DNA from: an uncultured Gemmatimonadales bacterium
GTDB lineage: Bacteria; Gemmatimonadota; Gemmatimonadetes; Longimicrobiales; Longimicrobiaceae
NCBI GenBank assembly: GCA_963716255.1
Contig: OY970303.1
Span: forward strand, 1,728,001 to 1,792,000
Direction of reading: 5' to 3'
DNA length: 64,000 nucleotides
In this document: positions 38,977-49,068 of the stretch, in pieces
Numbering within the stretch: position 1 is the first letter of the stretch
Layout: each line of letters begins with the position of its first letter
The notes under the pieces: model-generated
The model's input: the letters and a program-made list of their open reading frames with translations, nothing else
What the model was told of the DNA's origin: nothing
Databases searched by the model: none
Translations under genes and position numbers: made by a program

Positions 38977-39083
38977 GGGTCTGCCTGGCCGGGCGCGCTC
39001 GTTCGCCGCGCGTCGTGGAAGCGGTAGCCCCGCCGGTTGAGCAGGATGTGGGCCACGCGGCGGCTGGTGGGAACCGTATGTTC

Positions 39084-39217
39084 GGGCATGACCCCGGCTG
39101 GCGCCGGGGTCGGGCTTCGGCTCCGTAGCACACGAAACTACCGTGTGCAACGGAGTCGAGCCCCCGCGGAAACAGCCCCGCGGGGTCTCGCCCCTTCGGG
39201 CCGAAATCCCTCATGCG
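39084..39217 (+). repeat. family A copy 9 (GCATGA..TCATGC variant)
   Basis: Alignment; compensatory change in the terminal stem. Confidence 0.95.
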
Positions 39218-39249
39218 ACTGCGGGCGCCGCGGCATTCCCCGGGGCTCC

Positions 39250-39279
39250 CGCACTTTCGCACTCCCGCACTCCCGCACT
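39250..39279 (+). repeat. short tandem octamer CGCACTYY
   Basis: Also at 43497-43514 and, inverted, at 51434-51466. Confidence 0.7.
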
Positions 39280-39331
39280 ATCATCCCCCCACGTTCCGCA
39301 CGGCAGGCACCCGTTTTCCGGAGGTCGCAGG

Positions 39332-39892
39332 ATGATCCACAGGCTCTTCGCGCGCGCGCTCCCGGTGCTCGCGCTGCTGCTCATGGCACCGCTCGCGGCG
39401 GGGGCGCAGCAGCGCCCGGTCGCCAGCCCGCGCGACACCGCCAGCATGCGGCTGGGCGGCGCCGTCGTTTCCGTGGACTACGGGCGGCCGTACGCGCGCG
39501 GCCGCAAGATCATGGGCGGGCTGGTGCCCTTCGGGCAGGTGTGGCGCACCGGCGCCAACGCGGCCACCACGCTGGTGGCCGGCGCCGACCTGCGCATCGG
39601 CGGGGTGGACGTGCCCCGGGGAACGTACACGCTCTACACGGTGCCGGCGGCGAATCGCTGGCTCCTGGTGGTCAACCGCCAGACGGGGCAGTGGGGGACG
39701 GAGTACGACGCCGGGCAGGACCTGGCGCGCATCCCCATGCGCGTGGGCGCGCTGCGGTCGCCCGTGGAGCAGTTCACCATCACCCTGACGCCGGGGCAGA
39801 ACGGGCGCGGCGAGCTGGCACTGGCCTGGGAGACCACCCGCGCGAGCGTGCCGGTGGAGCTCAAGCGTCCCGCCGCGCGCGGCAGCAACTGA
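39332..39892 (+). CDS. DUF2911 domain secreted protein
   Basis: SPRD, VDYGRP..RGRKI.GGLVPFGQVWRTGANAAT. Confidence 0.88.
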   Translation: MIHRLFARALPVLALLLMAPLAAGAQQRPVASPRDTASMRLGGAVVSVDYGRPYARGRKIMGGLVPFGQVWRTGANAATTLVAGADLRIGGVDVPRGTYTLYTVPAANRWLLVVNRQTGQWGTEYDAGQDLARIPMRVGALRSPVEQFTITLTPGQNGRGELALAWETTRASVPVELKRPAARGSN

Positions 39893-39902
39893 GCGCGGCG
39901 CC

Positions 39903-40511
39903 GTGAGCGACGCCTCTTCCCCGCCGCTCCCGGACCCGTTCGCGCGCTTCGGCGAGCTGCTGGAGCGCGCCCGGGCCACCGACCTCCCCGAGCCCACGGC
40001 GATGGCGCTCTCCACGGTGGGGCCGGAGGGGCGCCCCTCCTCGCGGATGGTGCTCCTCAAGGGGTTCGACGAGCACGGCTTCGTGTTCTACACCAACCTG
40101 GGGAGCCGCAAGGCGCGCGAGATCGCCGCCAACCCCTGGGTGGCGCTCTGCTTCCACTGGCAGCCGCTGGAGGTGCAGGTGCGCGTGGAGGGCCGCGCCG
40201 AGCCGGTCACCCCCGCGGAGGCGGACGCCTACTACGCTTCCCGCGCGCGAGGCAGCCGCATCGGCGCGTGGGCCTCGCGCCAGAGCGAGGAGCTCCCCGC
40301 GCGCGAGACGCTGGAGGCGCGCATCCGCGAGACCGAGGCGCGCTTCCCCGGCGAGGACGTCCCCCGCCCCCCCTTCTGGTCCGGCTTCCGCGTGGTCCCG
40401 GACCGCATGGAGCTGTGGTTCGGCCGGCCCAGCCGCCTGCACGACCGCGACGTCTACACCCGCGATCCCGCCGCGCCCGGCGGCTGGTCGCTGCGGCACC
40501 TGTATCCCTGA
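39903..40511 (+). CDS. pdxH: pyridoxamine 5'-phosphate oxidase
   Basis: RMVLLK, FYTN..SRK, WASRQS, RLHDR. Confidence 0.96.
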   Translation: MSDASSPPLPDPFARFGELLERARATDLPEPTAMALSTVGPEGRPSSRMVLLKGFDEHGFVFYTNLGSRKAREIAANPWVALCFHWQPLEVQVRVEGRAEPVTPAEADAYYASRARGSRIGAWASRQSEELPARETLEARIRETEARFPGEDVPRPPFWSGFRVVPDRMELWFGRPSRLHDRDVYTRDPAAPGGWSLRHLYP

Positions 40512-40547
40512 CGTGCGGGCCGAACGCACGCGGGCCCACCCGGCAGG

Positions 40548-40690
40548 CCCCCACCCGGCTCGCTTGAGGCTCGCCACCCTCCCCCCTTCATACGGTTCAC
40601 GCGAAGCGTGAAGCGCCATTCTGGGGGAGGGCCTCCTGTATCTCGGGTTGGTCGTGCTGTGCTCCCCTCTCCCGCTTGCGGGGGAGGGGG
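40548..40690 (+). repeat. family C REP-like cluster
   Basis: Matches 22048 and 25094 clusters, including the 28-bp insert. Confidence 0.85.
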
Positions 40691-40699
40691 CCCGCCGTT

Positions 40700-40828
40700 G
40701 CATGAGGGATTCCGGCCCGAAGGGGCGAGACCCGGCGGCCGTTTGCCGGGGCTCGACTCCGTTGGGCTGCGTGGTTTGCAGCCCTACGGAGCCGAAGCCC
40801 GACCCCGGCGCCAGCCGGGGTCATGCCC
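40700..40828 (-). repeat. family A copy 10 (GCATGA..TCATGC variant)
   Basis: Reverse-complement alignment. Confidence 0.95.
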
Positions 40829-40846
40829 AACCCTGCCGTCGGGAAG

Positions 40847-41362
40847 TCAGTACGTGATCAGCGACCGCACGTCGTACCCCGCCAGCGCCTTCCGCCCTCC
40901 CAGGAACTCCAGCTCGATCACGAACGCCGCCGCCGCCACCACGCCGCCGATCGCCTCCACCAGGTGCGCGCTGGCGCCGGCCGTGCCCCCCGTGGCCAGC
41001 AGGTCGTCCACGATCAGCACGCGCTCGCCGGACCGCACGGCGTCGGCGTGCATCTCCAGCACGTTGGTGCCGTACTCCAGCGCGTACTCGCGGCTCACCT
41101 TGTCGTACGGGAGCCGCCCCGGCTTGCGGATGGGGACGAACCCCACCCCCAGCGCCATGGCCAGCGGCGCGCCGAAGATGAAGCCGCGCGACTCGATCCC
41201 GGCGACCACGTCGATGCCGGCGCCGCGGAAGTCCTCCGCGAGCCGGTCCACCACCTCGCGCAGCCCGCGGGGGTCGCGCAGCAGCGGGGTCACGTCGCGG
41301 AAGAGGATGCCGGGAATGGGGAAGTCGGGGATGGCGCGGACCAGCTCTTTCAGGTGCTCCAC
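40847..41362 (-). CDS. apt: adenine phosphoribosyltransferase
   Basis: IPDFPIPGILFRD, ESRGF, YALEYG, VDDLLATGGT. Confidence 0.96.
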   Translation of the reverse strand: MEHLKELVRAIPDFPIPGILFRDVTPLLRDPRGLREVVDRLAEDFRGAGIDVVAGIESRGFIFGAPLAMALGVGFVPIRKPGRLPYDKVSREYALEYGTNVLEMHADAVRSGERVLIVDDLLATGGTAGASAHLVEAIGGVVAAAAFVIELEFLGGRKALAGYDVRSLITY

Positions 41363-41496
41363 GGACGGGGCTCCGGGTAGGGGGCTCGGGGCGTCGCCGC
41401 TGCGGGCGAAGGACAGCCGACAAGATAAGCAGCCCGGGCCCGCTGCTGCCACCGGCATCGTGTGATGATGGGTTGAACGGCGGGAACTGCGGATTC

Positions 41497-41630
41497 GGGC
41501 GTGACCCCGGCTGGCGCCGGGGTCGGGCTTCGGCTCCGTAGCAGACGATACTACCGTCTGCAACGGAGTCGAGACCCGGCGGAAACAGCCCCGCCGGGTC
41601 TCGCCCCTTCGGGCCGTAATCCCTCACGCG
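41497..41630 (+). repeat. family A copy 11
   Basis: Alignment; stem GCAGACG/CGTCTGC. Confidence 0.95.
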
Positions 41631-41694
41631 ACGGCGCCCCCGCCTCGATACCGAGGCGGGGGCGCCGTCGCAGTTGCAGTTGCAGGCTGTCCCC

Positions 41695-42693
41695 TCATTC
41701 GCTGAGCACGCTGCGGTAGGCGTCCCAGTCGTCCAGCACCATCCCGGCGCCGCGCACCACGCAGGTGAGCGGCTCGTCGTCCACGTGGATGGGAAGGCCG
41801 GTCTCCAGCGCCAGGATGCGGTCCAGGCCGCGGAGCTGCGCGCCGCCGCCGGTCATCACGATCCCCTCGTCCACGATGTCGGACGACAGCTCCGGCGGCG
41901 TCACCTCCAGCGCCCGCCGCACCGCCCCCACGATGGCCTGGATGGGCTCCTGGATGCACTCCCGGATCTCGTCCGAGTGGATGCGGATGGTCTTGGGGAT
42001 GCCGGAGATCAGGTCCCGTCCGTTGACGTCCATCTCGCGCGGCTCCACGGTGTTGGACGCGGACCCGATCTGGATCTTGATGGCCTCGGCGGTGGCCTCG
42101 CCCACCAGCAGGTTGTAGCCCTTTCGCATGAAGGCCACGATGGCTTCGTCCATCTCGTTGCCGCCCACGCGGATGGAGGCGTCCGCGACGATCCCCGACA
42201 GGGCGATGACGCCGATCTCGCTGGTGCCGCCGCCGATGTTCACCACCATGCTCCCGCGCGGCGAGGTCACCGGCAGCCCCACCCCGATGGCGGCGGCCAT
42301 GGGCTCGGAAAGCAGGTACACCGACTTGGCGCCGGCCTGCGACACGGCGGTCCGCACCGCGCGGCGCTCCATCTCGGTGATCCCGGAGGGAACGCCCACC
42401 ACCACGCGGGGGCGGGTGCGGAAGAGGCCCTTGGGGAGGATGGACTGGAGAAAGTGCCGCAGCATCAGCTCGGCCATGTCCACGTCGGCGATGACGCCGT
42501 CGCGCATGGGGCGGATGGCCACCGTCCCCTCCGGCGTGCGGCCCAGCATCCGCTTGGCCTCCAGGCCGATGGCGATGATCCGCCGCGTCCTGCGCTCCAC
42601 GGCCACCACGGAGGGCTCGTTCATGATGATCCCCTGACCCTTCACCTGGATCAGGGTGTTCGCGGTCCCCAGGTCGATGGCGATGTCGGCCAC
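41695..42693 (-). CDS. mreB: rod shape-determining protein MreB
   Basis: IDLGTANT, NEPSVVA, RPMRDGVIAD, EPMAAAIG, TGGGA. Confidence 0.94.
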   Translation of the reverse strand: MADIAIDLGTANTLIQVKGQGIIMNEPSVVAVERRTRRIIAIGLEAKRMLGRTPEGTVAIRPMRDGVIADVDMAELMLRHFLQSILPKGLFRTRPRVVVGVPSGITEMERRAVRTAVSQAGAKSVYLLSEPMAAAIGVGLPVTSPRGSMVVNIGGGTSEIGVIALSGIVADASIRVGGNEMDEAIVAFMRKGYNLLVGEATAEAIKIQIGSASNTVEPREMDVNGRDLISGIPKTIRIHSDEIRECIQEPIQAIVGAVRRALEVTPPELSSDIVDEGIVMTGGGAQLRGLDRILALETGLPIHVDDEPLTCVVRGAGMVLDDWDAYRSVLSE

Positions 42694-42898
42694 GCGTGCT
42701 TCCCCGCTGAAGTTTCGCGCTCCCCCGGGCGGCTCCGGCCGCCTTGGAGGGGTCCTTTTTCCGTTCGAGCGTGGAATGTAGCCGTCCACGCCGCGCGGGG
42801 ACAGACCACGGCCGCACTTGCACTTCCGCCGCGGCGGGGAGATGTTGACGGGCGCGCCGCGACGGCGCCGCCCGCCCGAACCGAGAGCCGGAGCCGAC

Positions 42899-43276
42899 AT
42901 GTTCAACCGCACCACGGAGGGGATCCGGATCAGCGCCCAGCCGTTCTTCGTCCGCGAGCAGTCCGACCCGGACGACGACCGCTACGTCTTCTCGTACAGC
43001 GTCCGCATCGAGAACACCGGCGACCGGGCCGCGCAGCTCCTGTGGCGGCACTGGTACATCCACGACTCGCGGGGCGGCGACTCCGAGGTGGAGGGCGAGG
43101 GCGTGGTGGGCGAGACGCCCCTCATCGGCCCCGGGGAAACACACGAGTACATGAGCTTCTGCGTGCTGCGGAGCCCCCGCGGCCACATGGAGGGCTACTA
43201 CGAGTTCCGCCGCCCCGACGGGGAATCCTTCCGGGCCGAGATCCCACGGTTCCTGCTGGGGGTGTACGAGGCCTGA
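42899..43276 (+). CDS. apaG: ApaG protein
   Basis: QLLWRHWYI, VEGEGVVGETP, G.MEGYY. Confidence 0.93.
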   Translation: MFNRTTEGIRISAQPFFVREQSDPDDDRYVFSYSVRIENTGDRAAQLLWRHWYIHDSRGGDSEVEGEGVVGETPLIGPGETHEYMSFCVLRSPRGHMEGYYEFRRPDGESFRAEIPRFLLGVYEA

Positions 43277-43298
43277 CTACGACTGAAGGGCGGGGTTC

Positions 43299-43424
43299 GG
43301 GCGTGCCCCCGGCTGCGCCGGGGTCGGGCTGCCGCTCCGTAGCAGACAAAACAACCGTCTGCAACGGAGGCGAGACCCGCAAACTGCGCGGGTCTCGCCG
43401 CTTCGCGCTCGCATCCCTCACGCG
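43299..43424 (+). repeat. family A copy 12 (subtype like copy 4)
   Basis: Alignment. Confidence 0.92.
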
Positions 43425-43520
43425 ACCGCCGGCGCGAAAGCCAGCCGCGTCACTGCAACGGCGCCCCCACCTCGGCATCGAGGCGGGGGCGCCGTTCGCA
43501 CTTCCGCACTTTCGCTCCCG

Positions 43521-44351
43521 TCAGGTCACGGCGTAGTTGCGGCAGACGGAGGTGTCCACGCCCTCCAGGTCGGCGCCGTCGAGGACGGCGGAGTCCATCT
43601 CCGCGCGGGCGAGGTTGGCGCCGCGAAGGTTCGCGCCGCGCAGGTTGGCGTCCTGGAGATCGGCCTCGGTGAAGTCGGCGCCGGACAGGTCGGCGCCCTC
43701 CAGGACGGCGGCGGCCAGGTTGGCGCGGACCAGCGTCGCGCCGGCGAAGCTGGCGCCGCGGGCGGTGACCTTGGACAGGTCGGCGGTGCGCAGGTCGGCG
43801 CCGGTGAGGTCCGCGTCGTCCATCTCGGAGTGGCGCAGGTTGGCGCCGCCCAGCTGGGCGCGCACCAGCGTCGCCCCGCGCAGCTTCACCTTGTGCAGGG
43901 TGGCCTCGAACAGGCTGGCGTCCGTCAGGTCGGCGCCGCTCAGGTCGGCCCGGGTCAGCTCCGCGCCCAGCAGGCTGGCACCGGCCATCTTCGCGTTCGC
44001 GAAGACCGCGGGGGTGGTGGAGCCGGTGTTCAGGCAGCTGGCGTCGCGCAGCGTCGCGCCGGTGAGGTCGGCGTCCGTGAAGTCCGCGCCGCACAGGTCG
44101 GCCCCGGTCAGGTCGGCGTCCCGGAGGACGGCGCCCGTGAGCTTGGCGCCGCAGAGCACCGCGCGCGCCAGGTCGGCGCCGGCCAGCTCCATCCCGCTCA
44201 GGTCGGCGCCGCGGAGGTCCAGGCCGGCCAGCGAGCGGTCCCCGCCGCGCAGCCGCTCCTCCACCGCCTCGCGCGAAAGGGCGGCGGACGCGGTGCCGCC
44301 GCCGCCCGGTGCCGTGTCGCCGGTGCCGAAGATGCGCTTGATGAAGTCCAT
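43521..44351 (-). CDS. pentapeptide repeat protein
   Basis: Tandem A(D/N)Lxx repeats. Confidence 0.92.
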   Translation of the reverse strand: MDFIKRIFGTGDTAPGGGGTASAALSREAVEERLRGGDRSLAGLDLRGADLSGMELAGADLARAVLCGAKLTGAVLRDADLTGADLCGADFTDADLTGATLRDASCLNTGSTTPAVFANAKMAGASLLGAELTRADLSGADLTDASLFEATLHKVKLRGATLVRAQLGGANLRHSEMDDADLTGADLRTADLSKVTARGASFAGATLVRANLAAAVLEGADLSGADFTEADLQDANLRGANLRGANLARAEMDSAVLDGADLEGVDTSVCRNYAVT

Positions 44352-44549
44352 GCGATCCTCCGTGGAGCCTGGGGGCTGGGGTGTGCGGCCGCGTCCCGGA
44401 GCGGGTGGGGCGCGGGGATCCGGGAGGCGGCCGGCTGTGGACGCTCCGGCGCTGCACGAAGCGTTCCCCGGAGCGTTCTACACGTCGGCGGCCCGGGCGG
44501 GGGTCGTGGGATCCCGCCCGGGCCGCGCCCCACCCTGCCGCCGCCGGCG

Positions 44550-44975
44550 CTACTCCAGCGCGGCGTCGAGCTGGATGTCCACCCCCGCGAGCGCCACGGA
44601 AACGGGGCACCCCTTCTTGGTGTCCTCGGCGGCCTGGCGGAAGGTCTCGGCGTCCACCCCCGGCACCTGGGCGCGCACCCGCAGCTTCATGGTGGTGATC
44701 TTGAAGCCCTCGCCCACCTTGTCGATGGTGCACGCGGCGTCGGTGTGGACGCGGGTGGCCGGGGTGCCGGCGCGCTCCAGCCCCACGGCCAGCGCCATGC
44801 TGTAGCAGGCGGCCTCGGCCGCGGCGAGGAGCTCCTCGGGGTTGGTCCCCCCGGAGCTCCCGAAGCGCGAGCCGAACGAGTAGCTCCCCCGGATGACCCC
44901 GCTCTCCCCCTCGAAGCTCCCGTTCCCGCCCTGGAGCCCGCCCTCCCAGGTGGCGCTGGCGTTGCGTGTCGGCAT
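44550..44975 (-). CDS. osmC: OsmC-family peroxiredoxin
   Basis: GTNPEELLAAA..ACYSMAL, CPVS. Confidence 0.93.
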   Translation of the reverse strand: MPTRNASATWEGGLQGGNGSFEGESGVIRGSYSFGSRFGSSGGTNPEELLAAAEAACYSMALAVGLERAGTPATRVHTDAACTIDKVGEGFKITTMKLRVRAQVPGVDAETFRQAAEDTKKGCPVSVALAGVDIQLDAALE

Positions 44976-45031
44976 GTCCTCTCCTCCCTGCGTGATGCGT
45001 TGTGCGTCGCGATGAGCGGGCGGGACGCCCT

Positions 45032-45601
45032 TCAAGTCCCGCGCCCGCGGCGCGGCGCCCGCCAGTCCTCCTCCAACATGGCCCAGCGCTCGTGGTCGCG
45101 CCAGCGCCCGCCGATCTTGAGGTACCGGCGCGAGCGCCCCTCCAGCGTGAAGCCCAGCCGCTTCACCAGGGCGATGGACGGGGCGTTCTCCGGCTGGATG
45201 TTGGCCTCCACGCGGTGCAGCTTCAGCGGCCCGAAGGCGTGGCGCAGCACCAGCCCCACCCCTTCGGTCATGTAACCCCGGCCGGTGTGCGGCGCGCCGC
45301 CCTGGTAGCCCAGGTAGCAGCTGCGGAAGTTGCCGCGGAAGATCTGGCTCAGGTTCGCGCTCCCCACGATTGCCCCGTCCCCGCGCCGGCAGACCAGGAA
45401 GCCGGCGTAGTCGGCGTCCGTGCAGCGGTGCACCCAGGTGGCGAACTGGTCCAGCCGCGTCATGGGCGCCGTCCACCCGCGGTACAGCCTGCGGCTGGCG
45501 CGGTTCAGCGCCAGCCACTCGCCGCAGTCCTCCAGGCGCGGGGGACGCACGAACACGAGGTGGCCGGTCTGGAGGGCGTGGGGCTCTGGCGTGTCGCTCA
45601 T
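45032..45601 (-). CDS. RimJ/RimL-type GNAT acetyltransferase
   Basis: GRGYMTE, LHRVEANIQPEN..S, W.DHERWA. Confidence 0.9.
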   Translation of the reverse strand: MSDTPEPHALQTGHLVFVRPPRLEDCGEWLALNRASRRLYRGWTAPMTRLDQFATWVHRCTDADYAGFLVCRRGDGAIVGSANLSQIFRGNFRSCYLGYQGGAPHTGRGYMTEGVGLVLRHAFGPLKLHRVEANIQPENAPSIALVKRLGFTLEGRSRRYLKIGGRWRDHERWAMLEEDWRAPRRGRGT

Positions 45602-45743
45602 GGCTGCGGAGGTGCGGGCGCGTGGGGTCGTGCAGACGGACGCGAGGGGCCGGTGCGTAAAGGCTATGTCACCCAGTTGAAACGATGAAAGAAGAACTAT
45701 GCGGCTATGGCAATAATATAAACTCGGGAAAATTTGCAATTGT

Positions 45744-46274
45744 TTAAGGCTGATTTTTGAAGGTAGCCAACCGAGCCAGCATTGACCAGTCAGAGTGTTC
45801 CTCTAAGCGCCGCAAAGCTACTCTCTCATGCGCGAGTAGGGAAGCCAATTCCGACTGGTCTGTCGGATAATCCACGCCGACAAACGTAATTGCAATATCC
45901 GGACAAAGACGCTCAAATATATACCTTACTCTCTGAACGTGAAAACTTGAAGTTACAACTTGCAATTCAGGGTCTAAGCCATACTCAAAGTAGATCCTTT
46001 TTACATCGAGAACATCCGTCAATGTAGATGCGCCTCGAATTGAAGGGATGATTGATCTAGCCTTCACCCCTTGCTGAATTAAATAATTGGCTAAAATTTG
46101 TGCGTGAGCCGTGCTCGTAGCGTTAAACTTTCCAAAACCACCTGTCGGGATAACATAGCAAGAAGTTGAACCCGTAGTGAGGATACGCACAGCTTCATCC
46201 GCACGTGATACCGCAATGTCGCTCAGAGTGCCAAGTGGAGAATTGGTGTGACCCATTAAGACTATCCCAAGCAT
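45744..46274 (-). CDS. YdcF/DUF218-family protein (AT-rich island)
   Basis: IVLMG..R, IPTGG, VVTSSFH..R motifs. Confidence 0.78.
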   Translation of the reverse strand: MLGIVLMGHTNSPLGTLSDIAVSRADEAVRILTTGSTSCYVIPTGGFGKFNATSTAHAQILANYLIQQGVKARSIIPSIRGASTLTDVLDVKRIYFEYGLDPELQVVTSSFHVQRVRYIFERLCPDIAITFVGVDYPTDQSELASLLAHERVALRRLEEHSDWSMLARLATFKNQP

Positions 46275-46291
46275 GTGAATTTATCCACCTA

Positions 46292-47161
46292 CTAAGTGAG
46301 CTTACCATTGCGCGACTCCATAGGCGGTAAGGTTGTGACCGCCTTGGAGAAGTCTGTCTCCATAAAGGGAAAGGTTCGCCACGGGCGAACGCATACCAAC
46401 TTATGTCTAATATCAATCATGTTGCCGATTATGTTTGGAATTCCAACAACAAGTTGCTGTGCAATAGCCGAGCGCTTCAATCCGTCCGGAATTAAATCAT
46501 TATGAGTTACGAAAAGTATAGATCCCAATAGACCAGCACCGTAATTTCCATTAAAAAGAACAACAAGATTTGAACCCTTCGGATTGACAAGCCGAGTGAC
46601 CGTGCCGATGTCGCTAACTAGCGCACCATTCTCCAAGGTAGAGGAGAGTTCTTCTTTCGGTGAGATCGAGCGGTGTGTAATGAGCTTCCTATTTTCCAAG
46701 TCAAGTTCATATTGATAGTAAGGAACAGACAAAGCGCGAGAAATGTCGCCAAATTGCATAATGCTTATTTCTCCACCCAAGATAATCACATGATCATCAA
46801 AAATACTTGGATCAATCCGATCTGTTGATCTAAGAATATGATGCTTGACAACCGCACTCTGCCCATAGATGAGGTTCAATGAATTTATTATTTGTGAAAC
46901 GCCATATGTAATAGAGTAGCGCACGAGAGGGTCCGGTTCATTTGTTCGCTCTGTCCGGCTGGCCCCATATACCACATGGAAGACTCTACTAGAACTAGGG
47001 CATCTCCAAAACGCCCCAAGTTTTTCATTCAATTTTTTTCTGTCACGATCCTTGATGTAGGCCTTCAAAGAACGCACGCCGAACAATACAACAATTGCGC
47101 TTGATCCAATGCCAATCAAAAAAGGCACAAGTACTTGATTGACGATAAAATTCTCAGTCAT
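46292..47161 (-). CDS. hypothetical N-terminally membrane-anchored protein (AT-rich island)
   Basis: 289-aa ORF in AT-rich DNA; hydrophobic segment VLVPFLIGIGSSAIVVLFGV. Confidence 0.75.
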   Translation of the reverse strand: MTENFIVNQVLVPFLIGIGSSAIVVLFGVRSLKAYIKDRDRKKLNEKLGAFWRCPSSSRVFHVVYGASRTERTNEPDPLVRYSITYGVSQIINSLNLIYGQSAVVKHHILRSTDRIDPSIFDDHVIILGGEISIMQFGDISRALSVPYYQYELDLENRKLITHRSISPKEELSSTLENGALVSDIGTVTRLVNPKGSNLVVLFNGNYGAGLLGSILFVTHNDLIPDGLKRSAIAQQLVVGIPNIIGNMIDIRHKLVCVRPWRTFPFMETDFSKAVTTLPPMESRNGKLT

Positions 47162-47269
47162 TTTCAATCGCTTGTTCGATGGTGAATCCACAGGGCTAAT
47201 ATTAATTACATGTGCGTTAGCCGACACGCAAGAACATCGATAGCCCGTGGGACCAAGCAAAAACTAATT

Positions 47270-48369
47270 GAGGGTTGGTCATAAATCCTCAGGCTGCCCT
47301 GAGGAAAGACTTCAGACCCGCGTTCAACGCGAGGCTGTGCTCGTGTCGGTACAGCAAAGCGATCTGGTAGACGAGCACGGCACCCAAAGCAAAGCGCGCA
47401 GTCGCTGCATGCCCCTTCGCGGGGACCGGGCGATGCACGTCGAAGATGGCCTTGAAGTGCTCGTTAGAAGTTCTCGATCGAGACGCTGCGCAGCTTGTGG
47501 AAGATGCGGCACACCTCCACCCCGTCGTCCGTATGCGGATACGCTCCCCGTCGAGTGGTTACCAGCAGGCGCTCGGGCTCGCAGACCTCGCGCACGTTCG
47601 GGGCGTTGTAGTGCAAGTCTCCCAGGATTGAAGTGCGCCTCCGGCGGCAGGTCCTTGATCAGCTCGGGAGCGATCAAGTTGTCCCCGACGTTGGCGGGGG
47701 TCAGCCGCGCCGCAAGCGGAATCCAGACCGCAGCTACCGTAGTGGCCAGGTGGAGCTTCCAGCCGTAGACCCAGCCGTGCCAACCCGACTTCGTCCACCC
47801 GGCCTGCGTGTCGATCGAGGTGTGGGGAACCACGCGGCCTCGCGGTGCTTGCGGTGCCACTCGCCCCCCAAGGCGCGCAGCGCGGTGCTGTCCAGAGCAA
47901 CGGCCCGTCAGCAGTGGTCCCACGGGCGCAGCAAACTCACCAGGTGCGTTCCCAGCGCAGCGATCTGCGCCGGCAGACGCTCTGGCAGTCGGTGGAGCCG
48001 TCGCACGAGGGTGCGACGACTCGGAAAGCATCTCCCTTCGCAGAGCAAACCACGCAGTACGCCATCTCTGGAGTGGGCTCCTGCAAGACCGAGAGCAGCT
48101 CGTGCACCTTGTGCAGGCGGCGTACGATCATGATCAGCAGGACCTTAGAGGAAGAGCTTCTCCGAGTAGACCCGCGGACGACCTCGCCCGCGCACCGGCG
48201 GGGGAGGCTCGGGAATGCGGTCTACGAGCCGAACCAGTTGCACCAGAAGCCCATCTTCAGCTATCATGGGAGTGCCTCCGAGAACGGCGTGCTTCGACAC
48301 CACCCATTCTCGAAGGCAAGCCGCGCTCGGGCTAGTCCCGGCGCGGCTTTCCTTTTATGACCAACCCTC
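47270..48369 (-). mobile_element. decayed IS (DDE_Tnp_1-type; IS5/IS982-like) with frameshifted transposase
   Basis: Perfect 16-bp TIR GAGGGTTGGTCATAAA / TTTATGACCAACCCTC; fragment GWVYGWKLHL..LTPANVGD; no intact ORF; no TSD seen. Confidence 0.82.
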
Positions 48370-48531
48370 GTCTATGTAGCGGGCACGCCGGGCGCGCGGG
48401 CAGCCGGCCACGAACTCGTTGCTTCGGCTTCCGGCCGCCGGTATACTGCGGCGCGGAGTACGCGCAACCGCGCACGTGCGGCAGGGATGCCGCCTTTCCT
48501 GCTGCAAACCCCCGATCAAAGGAGAGGATCA

Positions 48532-48759
48532 ATGGCGAAGTGTCACTATTGCGGCGGCGACGGAAAGATGAAGGACGCAAACTGCGCCGGCCATGGTACG
48601 GTAACGTGCGAAACCTGCAATGGCTCCGGAAAATCGACCGTACTCGGGGTGGAGCGGGACTGTCCGCGCTGTGGGGGGGGCGGCAAAATGACCTGTCCCG
48701 ACTGCGGCGGGTCGGGAACGATGACGTGCAAGGGGTGCGGGGGCTCCGGAGAAGAATAG
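48532..48759 (+). CDS. stand-alone CxxCxGxG zinc-finger repeat protein (75 aa)
   Basis: Six motifs (one DxxC); RBS AGGAGAGG. Confidence 0.85.
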   Translation: MAKCHYCGGDGKMKDANCAGHGTVTCETCNGSGKSTVLGVERDCPRCGGGGKMTCPDCGGSGTMTCKGCGGSGEE

Positions 48760-49068
48760 GTAGAGCGTCGGCCGGCCGGGTGTCGACGCTCCGTGGCGAA
48801 CGCGATGCGTCAGGATACGCTCGCCGCTCCACGATCGCGGCGTCACCCGCTTCCGGCCCGATCCTCCCGCCCTCCCGCCTGCCGTCCCCGAGCTCACGGC
48901 CGATACGTCGTCACGCGGCCCGTCCCGCGAACGGGGAGCGCGGTTCGCAGGCGTGTGGGCATCCAGCCTCCGAAGCCGGTATACCGCGGTGCGAAGTGAA
49001 CTGTGACGCACGTGAGCGGCGCGTTGCGCCGCTCTCCCGACGTTTACACTGATCAGGGAGAGAGCACA

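Noticed and set aside
35008..39262. Very long alternative-frame ORFs (e.g. 35008-39027, 35114-39262, 11744-14908, 17267-20458, 50182-53346)
   Set aside because: Shadow ORFs of real genes in high-GC DNA; R/G/A/P-rich with no recognisable motifs.
43521..44351. Qnr quinolone-resistance gene
   Set aside because: Generic A(D/N)Lxx pentapeptide repeats in a chromosomal context; nothing specific to Qnr was recognised.
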